From the NCBI RefSeq assembly GCF_009557235.1, contig NZ_CP045650.1, positions 2,100,001-2,132,000 of the forward strand: DNA of 32,000 nucleotides, given 5' to 3'. This document shows, in pieces, positions 7,756 to 15,934 of this stretch (its first letter is position 1; each line of letters begins with the position of its first letter). Made by a program: the position numbers and the translations under genes. The notes under the pieces are model-generated. The model was not told where the DNA came from. It saw nothing but the letters and a program-made list of their open reading frames with translations, and did no database searches. Source of the stretch: Acinetobacter wanghuae. GTDB taxonomy: Bacteria; Pseudomonadota; Gammaproteobacteria; Pseudomonadales; Moraxellaceae.

Positions 7756-7962
7756 TTACTTTAAAGGATCTGCTGGTAACGGCATTACAGGTTGCTTTTG
7801 AATAGCAACTTGATCTGCTAATAATTGATAATCACGGTCATGTACAGGCACACCGCCTATAATCATGCTACGCGTTTGTGGCGTATTGCGGTTGTCTATT
7901 GGATCGCATGCTGTGAACGACACAGCAAACATACTTATAAAAATTAAGGATCGGATTTTCAT
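7756..7962 (-). CDS. Small lipoprotein, 68 aa
   Basis: The track ORF (7756-8037) has a poor N-terminus. The internal ATG at 7962 has AGGAAG 6 nt upstream and gives MKIRSLIFISMFAVSFTAC, a signal peptide with a lipobox Cys. Confidence 0.75.
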   Translation of the reverse strand: MKIRSLIFISMFAVSFTACDPIDNRNTPQTRSMIIGGVPVHDRDYQLLADQVAIQKQPVMPLPADPLK

Positions 7963-8102
7963 TTTATTCTTCCTGATCATTCCCTTCCTATCAGCATAGC
8001 AAAACTGACCAAAATAACAGCAAAAATATTGTCGCAAATCATTTGATCAAGATCGTGTGATATTCTCGTGATTATCCCAACCACATCAATTTCCCTCATT
8101 TT

Positions 8103-8960
8103 ATGTTCGACCCTTTTGCTCACCAGATACCTGACCAAGACATTTGTATTGCTGATACCACCTTAAGCATTCGACGGTTGGATTTGGTACATCCACAGAT
8201 TTCGGGCAATAAGTTTTATAAACTCAAATATAACTTTCTCAACGCACAACAATTAGGCTTAAAACAAGTCCTGACTTTTGGTGGCGCATATTCTAATCAT
8301 ATTGCAGCGACGGCGTTTGCAGCACAGCAATTCGGCTTTGACAGTATTGGGATTATTCGTGGGGAAGAATTAAAGTCCAAAGCGCTGAATCACACCTTAA
8401 AAACCGCTAAAGATTTGGGTATGCAGTTGCATTTTGTGAGTCGTGAAGAATATCGACGTAAGCAACAGCCTGATTTTGTAGCTGAATTGGAACAACAGTT
8501 TCCTCAGGCTTATTTTATTCCTGAAGGCGGTACAAATCAGTTTGCCATTCAAGGTTGCAAAGAAATTTTAAAACCAAGCGATGCTGTGTTTGATCTGATT
8601 TGCTGTGCAGTGGGTACAGGCGGCACAATCACGGGGTTAATTGAAGCAAGTCAGCCCCATCAACAGATTTTGGGTTTTTCGGCTTTAAAAGGCTTATTTT
8701 TAAATGATGATGTTGCCAAACTGACCACTAAAACGAATTGGACCATTGTGGATGATTATTGCTGCGGCGGTTATGCCAAAACCACGCCTGAACTTATGCA
8801 ATTTATTACAGCGTTTGAAGCTAAATATCACATTCCCCTAGAGCAAATCTATACGGGAAAAATGCTGATGGGCTTAACGGATCTGATTCAAAAAGGTCGC
8901 TTGCAAGCGCGTAAAATTTTAGTCATTCATTCTGGGGGCTTACAAGGGCAATCGTTTTAA
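8103..8960 (+). CDS. PLP-dependent ACC deaminase / D-cysteine desulfhydrase family protein
   Basis: 285 aa. SGNKFYKLKYN matches the GNKxRKL lysine motif region of the family. Gly-rich loops GGAYSNH and AVGTGGT are typical of fold-type II PLP enzymes. Confidence 0.82.
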   Translation: MFDPFAHQIPDQDICIADTTLSIRRLDLVHPQISGNKFYKLKYNFLNAQQLGLKQVLTFGGAYSNHIAATAFAAQQFGFDSIGIIRGEELKSKALNHTLKTAKDLGMQLHFVSREEYRRKQQPDFVAELEQQFPQAYFIPEGGTNQFAIQGCKEILKPSDAVFDLICCAVGTGGTITGLIEASQPHQQILGFSALKGLFLNDDVAKLTTKTNWTIVDDYCCGGYAKTTPELMQFITAFEAKYHIPLEQIYTGKMLMGLTDLIQKGRLQARKILVIHSGGLQGQSF

Positions 8961-8971
8961 CCTGCCCTTGT
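8942..8971. terminator. Hairpin spanning the stop codon of the preceding gene, between convergent genes
   Basis: ACAAGGGCA (8942-8950) pairs perfectly with TGCCCTTGT (8963-8971), 9 bp with a 12-nt loop. There is no U-tract on either strand. Confidence 0.4.
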
Positions 8972-8981
8972 GTGTCACGCA

Positions 8982-9338
8982 TTAAGTAATGGCTTTGTTG
9001 TCATTGAGTGCCATAAGTCCTTTGACAATACGGTAAATATGCCAGACCAACACCACAATAAGAATCGGAATACCAATTAAAACAAAGCTCAACACGAAGC
9101 CCACGATATAGCCGATTAAGGTGACCCAAAAGGTTTTAATTTGCCATTCAATATGGCTTTCAAGCCAAGTTCCCCGACATTCATCGCGTTTTAAATAGTT
9201 CATAATAATGGCAATAATATTGGTCAAGCCACCAAATACAAAACCAAGCAAATACAAAATATAAGTAATTAAATTATGTTGTTTTAAATTTGCGGTATCT
9301 TGCATACCCGTCTCCTGTTGTTGTCTTTTTTCATTCAT
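8982..9338 (-). CDS. Small integral membrane protein (DUF4870-like), 118 aa
   Basis: ATG start and three predicted TM segments. The LESHIEWQIKTFW motif between TM1 and TM2 resembles DUF4870-type proteins as I remember them. The family call is tentative. Confidence 0.72.
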   Translation of the reverse strand: MNEKRQQQETGMQDTANLKQHNLITYILYLLGFVFGGLTNIIAIIMNYLKRDECRGTWLESHIEWQIKTFWVTLIGYIVGFVLSFVLIGIPILIVVLVWHIYRIVKGLMALNDNKAIT

Positions 9339-9493
9339 GACTATTTTTTAATATGCCTGAGGCAGTGCCATCACACAATCAATTTCATCCGAATCTGTAC
9401 GTCCTTGTACAAGCATCTTGCCATTTCAATTTTTGCATCAAGTGCCTTAAAAATTGTCTATAATGCCCTCTTTTATTCTCCTTTGAGCGTTTC

Positions 9494-10693
9494 ATGTCTT
9501 CCAAGCAATACGATGTTTTAGTCATTGGTGCCGGTGCATCAGGTTTAATGACCGCTTATATGGCAGCGCAGCGCGGTCGTCGTGTTGTTGTGGTGGAAAA
9601 AGCCAATAAAGTCGGTAAAAAAATTCTGATGTCGGGTGGCGGTAAATGTAACTTTACCAATCTCTATGTTGAGCCTGAAAATTTCATCTCGCATAATCCG
9701 CATTTTGTGATTTCAGCATTGACGCGCTATACCAATTGGGACTTCATTGGTCTGGTCTGCGAATATGGCATTGAGTACGAAGAACGCAAACATGGACAAT
9801 TATTTACCTTAAATGGTGCAAAAGAAATTTTGTCGATGCTCCTTTCAGAATGCGATAAAACGGGCTTGGTCGACATAAAAACCAATTGTGATGTCAAAGC
9901 CGTGAATGCTGTAGATGGGCAAGGTTTTCAAGTCGCAACGTCATTGGGTTATTTTGAAGTGGAATCTGTGGTGGTGGCATCGGGTGGTTTGTCTATTCCA
10001 ACCTTAGGCGGTTCTGCCATTGGTTACGAGATTGCCAAACAGTTTGGACATCATGTTTATCCGACTCGTGCAGGCTTAGTGCCCTTCACATTCTCAGATG
10101 GTTTTAAAGAAGTAACAACGCGCTTAAGCGGGAATGCCGTTGAAGCAACGCTTTCTAATGATCTCAACAGCTTTACCGAAGCATTATTGTTTACCCACCG
10201 CGGTCTGAGCGGTCCAAGTTCATTACAACTGTCGAACTACTGGAATGTCGGTCAAAGTTTTAGTATCGATTTCTTACCAAGTGTTGATTTAAACGAATTA
10301 TTTAAAGCCAAAAAACAAAGCCAACCGAAAGTCCTATTAAGAACTTTATTGACTGAATATTTTCCAAAGAGTGTCGTGCTTGAGCTACAAGCATTAATCT
10401 GGGCAGACATGGCTGAAACTGCAATTGGTAATTTAAGCGATGAAAAACTTGAACATATTGCCAAGCGTATTCATCAGTTTGAAGTCAAACCGTCGGGAAC
10501 TGAAGGTTACCGAACCGCAGAAGTCACCTTAGGCGGTGTCGACACCACTGAAGTGTCATCTAAAACCATGGAAAGTAAAAAGCAAAAAGGCTTATTCTTT
10601 ATTGGTGAAATTTTAGATGTATCTGGGCATTTGGGTGGATTTAACTTCCAATGGGCATGGTCATCAGCACATGCCGCATCAGAATATGTGTAA
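9494..10693 (+). CDS. HI0933/YhiN-family FAD-dependent oxidoreductase
   Basis: 399 aa. N-terminal Rossmann motif DVLVIGAGASGLM, then GKKILMSGGGKCNFTN and the C-terminal GEILDVSGHLGGFNFQWAWSS, characteristic of the HI0933-like flavoprotein family. Confidence 0.9.
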   Translation: MSSKQYDVLVIGAGASGLMTAYMAAQRGRRVVVVEKANKVGKKILMSGGGKCNFTNLYVEPENFISHNPHFVISALTRYTNWDFIGLVCEYGIEYEERKHGQLFTLNGAKEILSMLLSECDKTGLVDIKTNCDVKAVNAVDGQGFQVATSLGYFEVESVVVASGGLSIPTLGGSAIGYEIAKQFGHHVYPTRAGLVPFTFSDGFKEVTTRLSGNAVEATLSNDLNSFTEALLFTHRGLSGPSSLQLSNYWNVGQSFSIDFLPSVDLNELFKAKKQSQPKVLLRTLLTEYFPKSVVLELQALIWADMAETAIGNLSDEKLEHIAKRIHQFEVKPSGTEGYRTAEVTLGGVDTTEVSSKTMESKKQKGLFFIGEILDVSGHLGGFNFQWAWSSAHAASEYV

Positions 10694-10706
10694 TGGGTTT
10701 TCAGGT

Positions 10707-10874
10707 TTAATCTAAATAATCTGTTTTAAATAAGCTGAGATTGGTCGTTTGATTTAAACGATCAATCGTCATATTCATTTTAATCAGTGCGTGTTGAATA
10801 TGAGTCGGACATTGATCTTGCTGTGTATTCGCGACCCTATGCCGAAGCATATTGAATAATTTAGAAAACTCCAT
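10707..10874 (-). CDS. Short ORF, 55 aa, unknown function (below the ORF-track cutoff)
   Basis: My own translation gives MEFSKLFNMLRHRVANTQQDQCPTHIQHALIKMNMTIDRLNQTTNLSLFKTDYLD, with a TAA stop at 10707-10709. A strong RBS, AAAAGGAG, lies 7 nt upstream of the ATG at 10874. Confidence 0.45.
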   Translation of the reverse strand: MEFSKLFNMLRHRVANTQQDQCPTHIQHALIKMNMTIDRLNQTTNLSLFKTDYLD

Positions 10875-10973
10875 CTTCTAAACTCCTTTTTATTGAATGT
10901 TATTGGTTTTCAATTTTCTAAAACTGAAAGATAAATATATTCAAAAAATACGCTAAGAATCAAGAAGGAATCA

Positions 10974-11162
10974 TTACTCTGTCGACTCGTCAAATTTCGA
11001 TGGCGGATCTTGAGGTGTTTGATCCTGAGTTTTCTCCTTAGACATATGGCTATGCCGCTTTGAATCAACAAAAATAAATTTATAGGCAGCACCTAAAAAT
11101 CCAATGGTAATCCCTGCAATGGCTAAAGGTGCTAACAGTGTGTTGGGCTTTTTAGAAGACAT
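10974..11162 (-). CDS. Small single-pass membrane protein, 62 aa
   Basis: The internal ATG at 11162 of track ORF 10974-11261 has AGGAGAG 5-6 nt upstream. It gives MSSKKPNTLLAPLAIAGITIGFLGAAYKFIF followed by a hydrophilic tail. The longer N-terminus would run through the upstream terminator hairpin. Confidence 0.55.
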   Translation of the reverse strand: MSSKKPNTLLAPLAIAGITIGFLGAAYKFIFVDSKRHSHMSKEKTQDQTPQDPPSKFDESTE

Positions 11163-11201
11163 CAAATCTCTCCTGCAATGATTAAAATGTAGATTCAAAT
11201 T

Positions 11202-11231
11202 AAAATCGACCACATAAGCGTGGTCGATTTT
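11202..11231 (-). terminator. Intrinsic terminator after the TM_helix-repeat gene
   Basis: AAAATCGACCAC (11202-11213) pairs perfectly with GTGGTCGATTTT (11220-11231) around a 6-nt loop. The A/T flanks make it potentially bidirectional. Confidence 0.75.
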
Positions 11232-11247
11232 AAGCATGAAAAACAGG

Positions 11248-12945
11248 TTATTTCGGGTCATCCTTTAATGATGGATCTGTTGGATTAATATCAACTTTCG
11301 GCTCAACTTCGCCAGTTGAACCAAATGGATTATTCGCTTTAGATTCATTCGGATCTACATTGACTGCATTCGGTGTTGCATCTCGTTCTTTTGCCGGAAT
11401 ATCCGCAGTATTGGATAAAGGCTTAGCGACAGTCGAAAATGCTTCGGGTGCTTTGGTTTGCGCTGGATTCGGCTCATTTGCTTCTTTCTTGGCTTTATCA
11501 ATCAGGTCAGTCAGAAGACGTTCCGCAGGTTGACGACCACCTAAACCAAATGCCAAGGCAAATGCCACTGCCACAGAACCTAGTGTCAGACCGAAAGCAA
11601 GGTTCACAATAGAGTCTGCAATGCCCATGGCACGTAAACCCATCGCAACCACTAAGCCCATGATTAAAACACGAACTAAGTTGGCTAACCAGCGTGAACT
11701 GTTATATTCCCCACGTTGCACAATGTTTGCCACAATATTGGCAAGCCAGAATCCAATCACAAGAATGACAGCACCCAGCAGGATATTGGCACCAAAGTAG
11801 ATGAACATTGCAATTAATTCACTCACTTGGTCGAAACCAAGGCGGTTTGCAGCTTCAGATACAGCAAACAACATCGTGAATAGAATAATTAAGCAACCAA
11901 TTACTTTTGAAACTTTGGTTTCACCAAAGAAACGCTGAATATCCAGTTTCGCTGGAATATCATCAACACCCGTACCAGCAACGACATCGGTCACTAAATT
12001 GGCAATCAATTTAGACACGATATACGCAATAATCAGAATTAAAGCCGCAGCAATAATTTGTGGAATCGCATTCATCACTTGGTACAACATTGCTGTTGCA
12101 GGTTGTGAAATCGCTTCAATACCAAGCGCTTCAAATGCAATGATTAATGAAGTAATGATAATGACAGCAAAAATAAATGAACCGATGACTTGCGCCACGT
12201 TTGAGTTCTTGAAGATGCCGACTTTCTCAGCTTGCTGTTGTAGATTTAAACTACGAATGAGCCCTTCCACAATACCGCGAATAATTTTTGCAAGAATGTA
12301 ACCCACAAAAACAATTACACCCGCAATGAAGATATTCGGTAAGTAGCCGACGACGTCATTGACCATATTTTGGATTGGATATAGCAGTCCGTTTAAACCC
12401 AAAATAGACAGTACAATCGGTAGGAATAGTAATAGAATTAACCAATACACAATTTCACTGATATTTTCACTGACTGGACTAACACCGACTTCAGCACTTA
12501 ATTTTTCATCAATTTGAGTACGATTGAGCAGTTTTTGTAAGCCGACTTTCACCAAATTGGCAACGATCCAACCTATAAAGGCAATCGCAACAGCGGCTAA
12601 AAGTTGTGGAATAAACAGTAAGAACTGTTGAATCATATTGCTAAATGGACCACTAATACTGGTCAGATTCAGTACATTCAACGCACCAATGACGGCAATA
12701 ATTAAAATGAGCCAAAACACAATTCGGGCGACAATATTTTCAATGTTGGAACGATGCCCTGTCGCCGTACTTAAATGTCGATTGGTGCCCAATTTCTGCA
12801 GCACTTTTTTAATGCCTGCAGCAACCAGTAAGGCAATCACCCAACCCACTAATAAAATGACAACTGCACTGATAATGGGATGAAACTGATCCCAATAATA
12901 CATGGCATTAAAACCGCCACGCGATCCTTGGATATAATCATTCAT
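11248..12945 (-). CDS. Polytopic membrane protein built from about 5 'conserved TM helix' (TM_helix, MscS-related) repeats with a disordered C-terminal tail
   Basis: 565 aa. GAGGA RBS 6-7 nt upstream. Repeats of about 70 aa are visible by eye, e.g. IPQLLAAVAIAFIGWIVANLV, LPNIFIAGVIVFVGYILAKII, IPQIIAAALILIIAYIVSKLI and ANILLGAVILVIGFWLANIV. The last 90 aa or so are P/N/D/K-rich. Confidence 0.88.
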   Translation of the reverse strand: MNDYIQGSRGGFNAMYYWDQFHPIISAVVILLVGWVIALLVAAGIKKVLQKLGTNRHLSTATGHRSNIENIVARIVFWLILIIAVIGALNVLNLTSISGPFSNMIQQFLLFIPQLLAAVAIAFIGWIVANLVKVGLQKLLNRTQIDEKLSAEVGVSPVSENISEIVYWLILLLFLPIVLSILGLNGLLYPIQNMVNDVVGYLPNIFIAGVIVFVGYILAKIIRGIVEGLIRSLNLQQQAEKVGIFKNSNVAQVIGSFIFAVIIITSLIIAFEALGIEAISQPATAMLYQVMNAIPQIIAAALILIIAYIVSKLIANLVTDVVAGTGVDDIPAKLDIQRFFGETKVSKVIGCLIILFTMLFAVSEAANRLGFDQVSELIAMFIYFGANILLGAVILVIGFWLANIVANIVQRGEYNSSRWLANLVRVLIMGLVVAMGLRAMGIADSIVNLAFGLTLGSVAVAFALAFGLGGRQPAERLLTDLIDKAKKEANEPNPAQTKAPEAFSTVAKPLSNTADIPAKERDATPNAVNVDPNESKANNPFGSTGEVEPKVDINPTDPSLKDDPK

Positions 12946-13093
12946 AGGTTGTCCTCATTTGTTTTTTATTTATCAGCAAACTATTGTTTGTATTGATTGA
13001 ATAAGTGGTTGTTATACGAAATTTAGTCTTATAAAACGTGAAATACAGCTGTCCTTTTTTAGATCGAGCAAATCAAAGTAGCTAGCTCAACTG

Positions 13094-13121
13094 TAAAAAG
13101 CCCCAGTTACCAACCAGAGCT
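13094..13121 (-). terminator. Probable intrinsic terminator after the 83-aa membrane protein gene
   Basis: Minus-strand RNA AGCUCUGGUU-GGU-AACUGGGGCU forms 10 bp including three G-U pairs, followed by UUUUAC. Confidence 0.5.
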
Positions 13122-13137
13122 TGTATGAGTATTTAAT

Positions 13138-13389
13138 TTATTGAGATGCTCGTTTTTCATCGCCTGGTGCACCCGTTGTAGTACTGTTCATGGTTGCCGG
13201 TTGAGCATCGGGATTTGGATGCCCTGGAGGCGCATCGCTTCGGCTAGGCTTCATATCTGCAAACATATAAAGTAAAACTGCCAATAAAAATATCCCAACC
13301 ACAATCAGAATATAGACTGGTATTCGTTTTCTATTCGGCACCCCATCTGGACGATGCGAAGGTGATGTTTTATTCAAGTCGTCGACCAT
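13138..13389 (-). CDS. Small single-pass membrane protein with a Pro-rich tail, 83 aa
   Basis: The internal ATG at 13389 has GAGGAAGG just upstream. It gives MVDDLNKTSPSHRPDGVPNRKRIPVYILIVVGIFLLAVLLYMF, then a P/A/T/D-rich tail. Confidence 0.6.
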   Translation of the reverse strand: MVDDLNKTSPSHRPDGVPNRKRIPVYILIVVGIFLLAVLLYMFADMKPSRSDAPPGHPNPDAQPATMNSTTTGAPGDEKRASQ

Positions 13390-13637
13390 GACCTTCCTCA
13401 CTTTTTTTATAAATATATAGATCATTATCATAGCAACGCTAAAAAACAGACTCTGTGACAAAACATGGTGACATGGTGAATACGTGTAAATATTGATCTA
13501 GTCTTCTGTCTCTGCTTTTGATCTATTCAATGAACCATAAACGTAGTTAATATCTGTAAAAGCTTGCTACATTTCACCCGACCTCAATCCCTGCCTAATC
13601 CAAGCGAAATGCGCTATAATTATCCACCTCATTTTTT

Positions 13638-14075
13638 ATGCAACTGAGCTTTATGGCGTATAGTCAAAAAAGTGTATCGCTTGATTTAGACACCGACGTC
13701 ACTTATCAATGTGCTTTACATTACACTCGTGATCAGCATCTGATTGGAATTATTGAATTTAGCAAACCAAGTTTTGTACTGCGTTGGCAAGATCTAGAAT
13801 TTTTCCGTCGTCGCACAGAAGAAATGTCAGTGATGCCTTTTCCAGATTGCGTCAATGCAATGGTGATCGATGTGCGCAATGTTTCAGCTTGGCTTGATAA
13901 CGAAGTACCGATTATTCCATGGCGCTTGCTTGAAGAAGAATGTCCGGTACGTTTGGTTGTACCTGTGGATCGTATTGAATTTTATTCAGGTTTCTTTGAA
14001 CCAACTTGGCTTAGCTCAGATGTAGAAACTGCGCTGCAAGAAATCCGTGAATCTTTAGATATGCTTGTGCATTAA
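13638..14075 (+). CDS. Hypothetical acidic protein, 145 aa
   Basis: Long ORF followed by a terminator. The RBS is weak; an alternative start is at 13653 (MAYSQ). I recognise no family. Confidence 0.6.
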   Translation: MQLSFMAYSQKSVSLDLDTDVTYQCALHYTRDQHLIGIIEFSKPSFVLRWQDLEFFRRRTEEMSVMPFPDCVNAMVIDVRNVSAWLDNEVPIIPWRLLEEECPVRLVVPVDRIEFYSGFFEPTWLSSDVETALQEIRESLDMLVH

Positions 14076-14096
14076 TTAAAATCTGAATTTCATATG

Positions 14097-14124
14097 AAAA
14101 GAGGATGTCATCTCCTCTTTTTTT
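14097..14124. terminator. Bidirectional intrinsic terminator between convergent genes
   Basis: AAAAGAGGA (14097-14105) pairs with TCCTCTTTT (14112-14120), with the T-run continuing to 14124. Confidence 0.75.
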
Positions 14125-14133
14125 GTGACTACA

Positions 14134-15006
14134 TTATTTAAAATAATTCAGCGGAATTTTCAGGTAACGAACCCCATTGGCCTCAGGTTCAGGAAAATGA
14201 CCTGCATGCATATTCACTTGTATCGCCGGCAACATTAATTTTGGCATACTGAGTGTGGCATCGCGTTGACTGCGCATCTCTATAAATTCAAGCTTGTCTG
14301 TGTGTTTATTCAAATGAATATTATGCGCTTTCTGGGTTTTGACTTGCGTTTCACACTGATACGTTTGACGACACTCAGGTAAATAATCATGGCATAAAAA
14401 GATGCGATAGTGCTCTGGAAGTGCATAAATTTTTTGCACAGAATCATACAGCTCACTGGCACTCCCCTGTGGAAAATCACAACGCGCTGTGCCGTAATCT
14501 GGCATAAACAAAGTGTCTCCGACAAAGACAGCATCCCCGATAAGGTAGCTTAAGCATGCTGGTGTGTGGCCGGGTGTGGGAATATTACGTGCTTGCAATT
14601 GTCCAATGTTAAATTCTTCTTCATCCGCAAATAAATAATCAAAAGGCTGCGCACAATTAAAGCCTTTATAATCCACATGATAAATCTGACCAAAGATTTC
14701 CTGAACGCGCGTAATTTTGTGGCTCATCGCAATTTTGCCACCGAGTCGCTGTTTTAAATATTGTGCTGCAGTCAAATGATCTGCATGCACATGCGTTTCA
14801 AGAATCCACGCGACTTGTAACTGATGCTGCTCAATAAATTCAATAATTTGATCGGCATGGGTTGTCATCGTACGTGCTGAAGCAGCGTCATAATCCAAAA
14901 CACTATCAATAATTGCGCAGACTTGCGTTTCAGGATCGGTCACGACATAACTAAAGGTATGACTGACCTCATCAAAGAATGCTTTTACTGATGCTTGCAC
15001 AGTCAT
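14134..15006 (-). CDS. pdo2: MBL-fold persulfide dioxygenase (Blh/PDO type)
   Basis: 290 aa. HxHxDH motif (HVHADH), TPGHTPAC and FVGDTLF ligands. It abuts yedE with no gap and lies in an operon divergent from an ArsR/BigR-type regulator, matching the yeeE-yedE-pdo2 arrangement reported for A. baumannii and the Xylella/Agrobacterium bigR-blh operon. Confidence 0.88.
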   Translation of the reverse strand: MTVQASVKAFFDEVSHTFSYVVTDPETQVCAIIDSVLDYDAASARTMTTHADQIIEFIEQHQLQVAWILETHVHADHLTAAQYLKQRLGGKIAMSHKITRVQEIFGQIYHVDYKGFNCAQPFDYLFADEEEFNIGQLQARNIPTPGHTPACLSYLIGDAVFVGDTLFMPDYGTARCDFPQGSASELYDSVQKIYALPEHYRIFLCHDYLPECRQTYQCETQVKTQKAHNIHLNKHTDKLEFIEMRSQRDATLSMPKLMLPAIQVNMHAGHFPEPEANGVRYLKIPLNYFK

Positions 15007-15426
15007 TTATTTTTCTCCCATCCAGCGTTGATGCAGCAACATGCCGATAAACATCGCAATCAAAAAATACAACGCTTCATAATGTCCCAAACCAATCAAT
15101 GTGAGCGCAGGTGCAGGACAAATGCCGGCAATGCCCCATCCAATACCAAATAACAGACTTCCCATAATTAATTTGTGATCAATCTGCTGATTACTCGGCA
15201 ATTGTATGGACGTTTTATAAACTGTTTGCGCTGTATTGGATTGAACCGCTTTTTGAAAAGGAACAAAAGCCACTGCTATCGCACCCATCATCACAAATGC
15301 CAGACTCGGATCCCATTCACCGAATAGATCAAGAAAAGATAATACCTTGACAGGGTTTGCCATGCCTGAAATCATCAGTCCTAAAGCAAATAAGCCACCT
15401 AATGCGAAGGATAAGACATGTTTCAT
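15007..15426 (-). CDS. yedE: YeeE/YedE-family sulfur-transport membrane protein (second half-size paralog)
   Basis: Four TM segments. The track start at 15435 is a TTG. The ATG at 15426 lies 1 nt after the yeeE stop, with GGGAG 9 nt upstream, and is more likely. Confidence 0.85.
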   Translation of the reverse strand: MKHVLSFALGGLFALGLMISGMANPVKVLSFLDLFGEWDPSLAFVMMGAIAVAFVPFQKAVQSNTAQTVYKTSIQLPSNQQIDHKLIMGSLLFGIGWGIAGICPAPALTLIGLGHYEALYFLIAMFIGMLLHQRWMGEK

Positions 15427-15427
15427 T

Positions 15428-15844
15428 TTAGGCAACTCCCATCAGGTGACGCAAAATATAAACTGTGATAAATCCCGCCAACATAAAACTGAATGTGGCA
15501 ACCATAGAGCGCACAGATAAACGGCTTATGCCACAAATCCCATGTCCACTGGTACAACCTGAACCTAAGCGTGTGCCAAACCCCACTAATAGACCAGCAA
15601 TGACCATCCACCATGGACTCGCTGTCAGTACAATGTCGGGTTGGATAAAAACTTGATACACAAACGGAATAGTAAAAAGACCCGCTAAAAAGCTGATTGC
15701 TGGGGTTTGAAATATTTGTTTGGGATTTAAAAATTGTGCAATCAAACCACTGATGCCCGCTATACGCCCAAAAATATACAGATACCCGACAGCTGAAAGC
15801 CCAAGTAACATTCCACCAAACAATGACCACCCATATTCATGCAT
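15428..15844 (-). CDS. yeeE: YeeE/YedE-family sulfur-transport membrane protein (first half-size paralog)
   Basis: Contains LGSGCTSGHGICG, the conserved Cys-containing motif of the YeeE/YedE (DUF395) family. The track start at 15856 is a TTG. The first ATG is at 15844 (MHEYGW). Either start is possible. Confidence 0.85.
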   Translation of the reverse strand: MHEYGWSLFGGMLLGLSAVGYLYIFGRIAGISGLIAQFLNPKQIFQTPAISFLAGLFTIPFVYQVFIQPDIVLTASPWWMVIAGLLVGFGTRLGSGCTSGHGICGISRLSVRSMVATFSFMLAGFITVYILRHLMGVA

Positions 15845-15870
15845 AGCATTACTCAATACTCTATTTAAAT

Positions 15871-15894
15871 ATATTATATATTATTATATAATAT
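15871..15894. promoter_or_regulatory. Perfect 10-bp inverted repeat in the bigR / yeeE divergent promoter region (candidate BigR operator)
   Basis: ATATTATATA (15871-15880), TTAT, TATATAATAT (15885-15894). It sits within the 78-90 bp intergenic region that must hold both promoters. Caveat: the region is extremely AT-rich, so a palindrome is less surprising there. Confidence 0.5.
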
Positions 15895-15934
15895 TATCTT
15901 GTTTTTTTTCACTTCTCGTATTGGATTATGATAT

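Noticed and set aside
10910-11092. 60-aa minus-strand ORF overlapping the 62-aa membrane protein ORF
   Set aside because: It has no RBS and is out of frame with the ORF that has an AGGAGAG RBS and a clean TM helix. The product is basic and low-complexity.
15423-15830. 135-aa minus-strand ORF overlapping yeeE
   Set aside because: It is an alternative frame of the same strand. The yeeE frame carries the conserved GSGCTSGHGICG motif and regular TM helices. This one is Cys/Trp/Ser-rich with no TM pattern.
15007-15856. Possibility that the two 140-aa YeeE/YedE ORFs are one frameshifted pseudogene
   Set aside because: Each half has its own start, with a GGGAG RBS before the second. The stop and start are arranged for translational coupling. 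Two half-size genes are the reported normal state of the yeeE-yedE-pdo2 operon.
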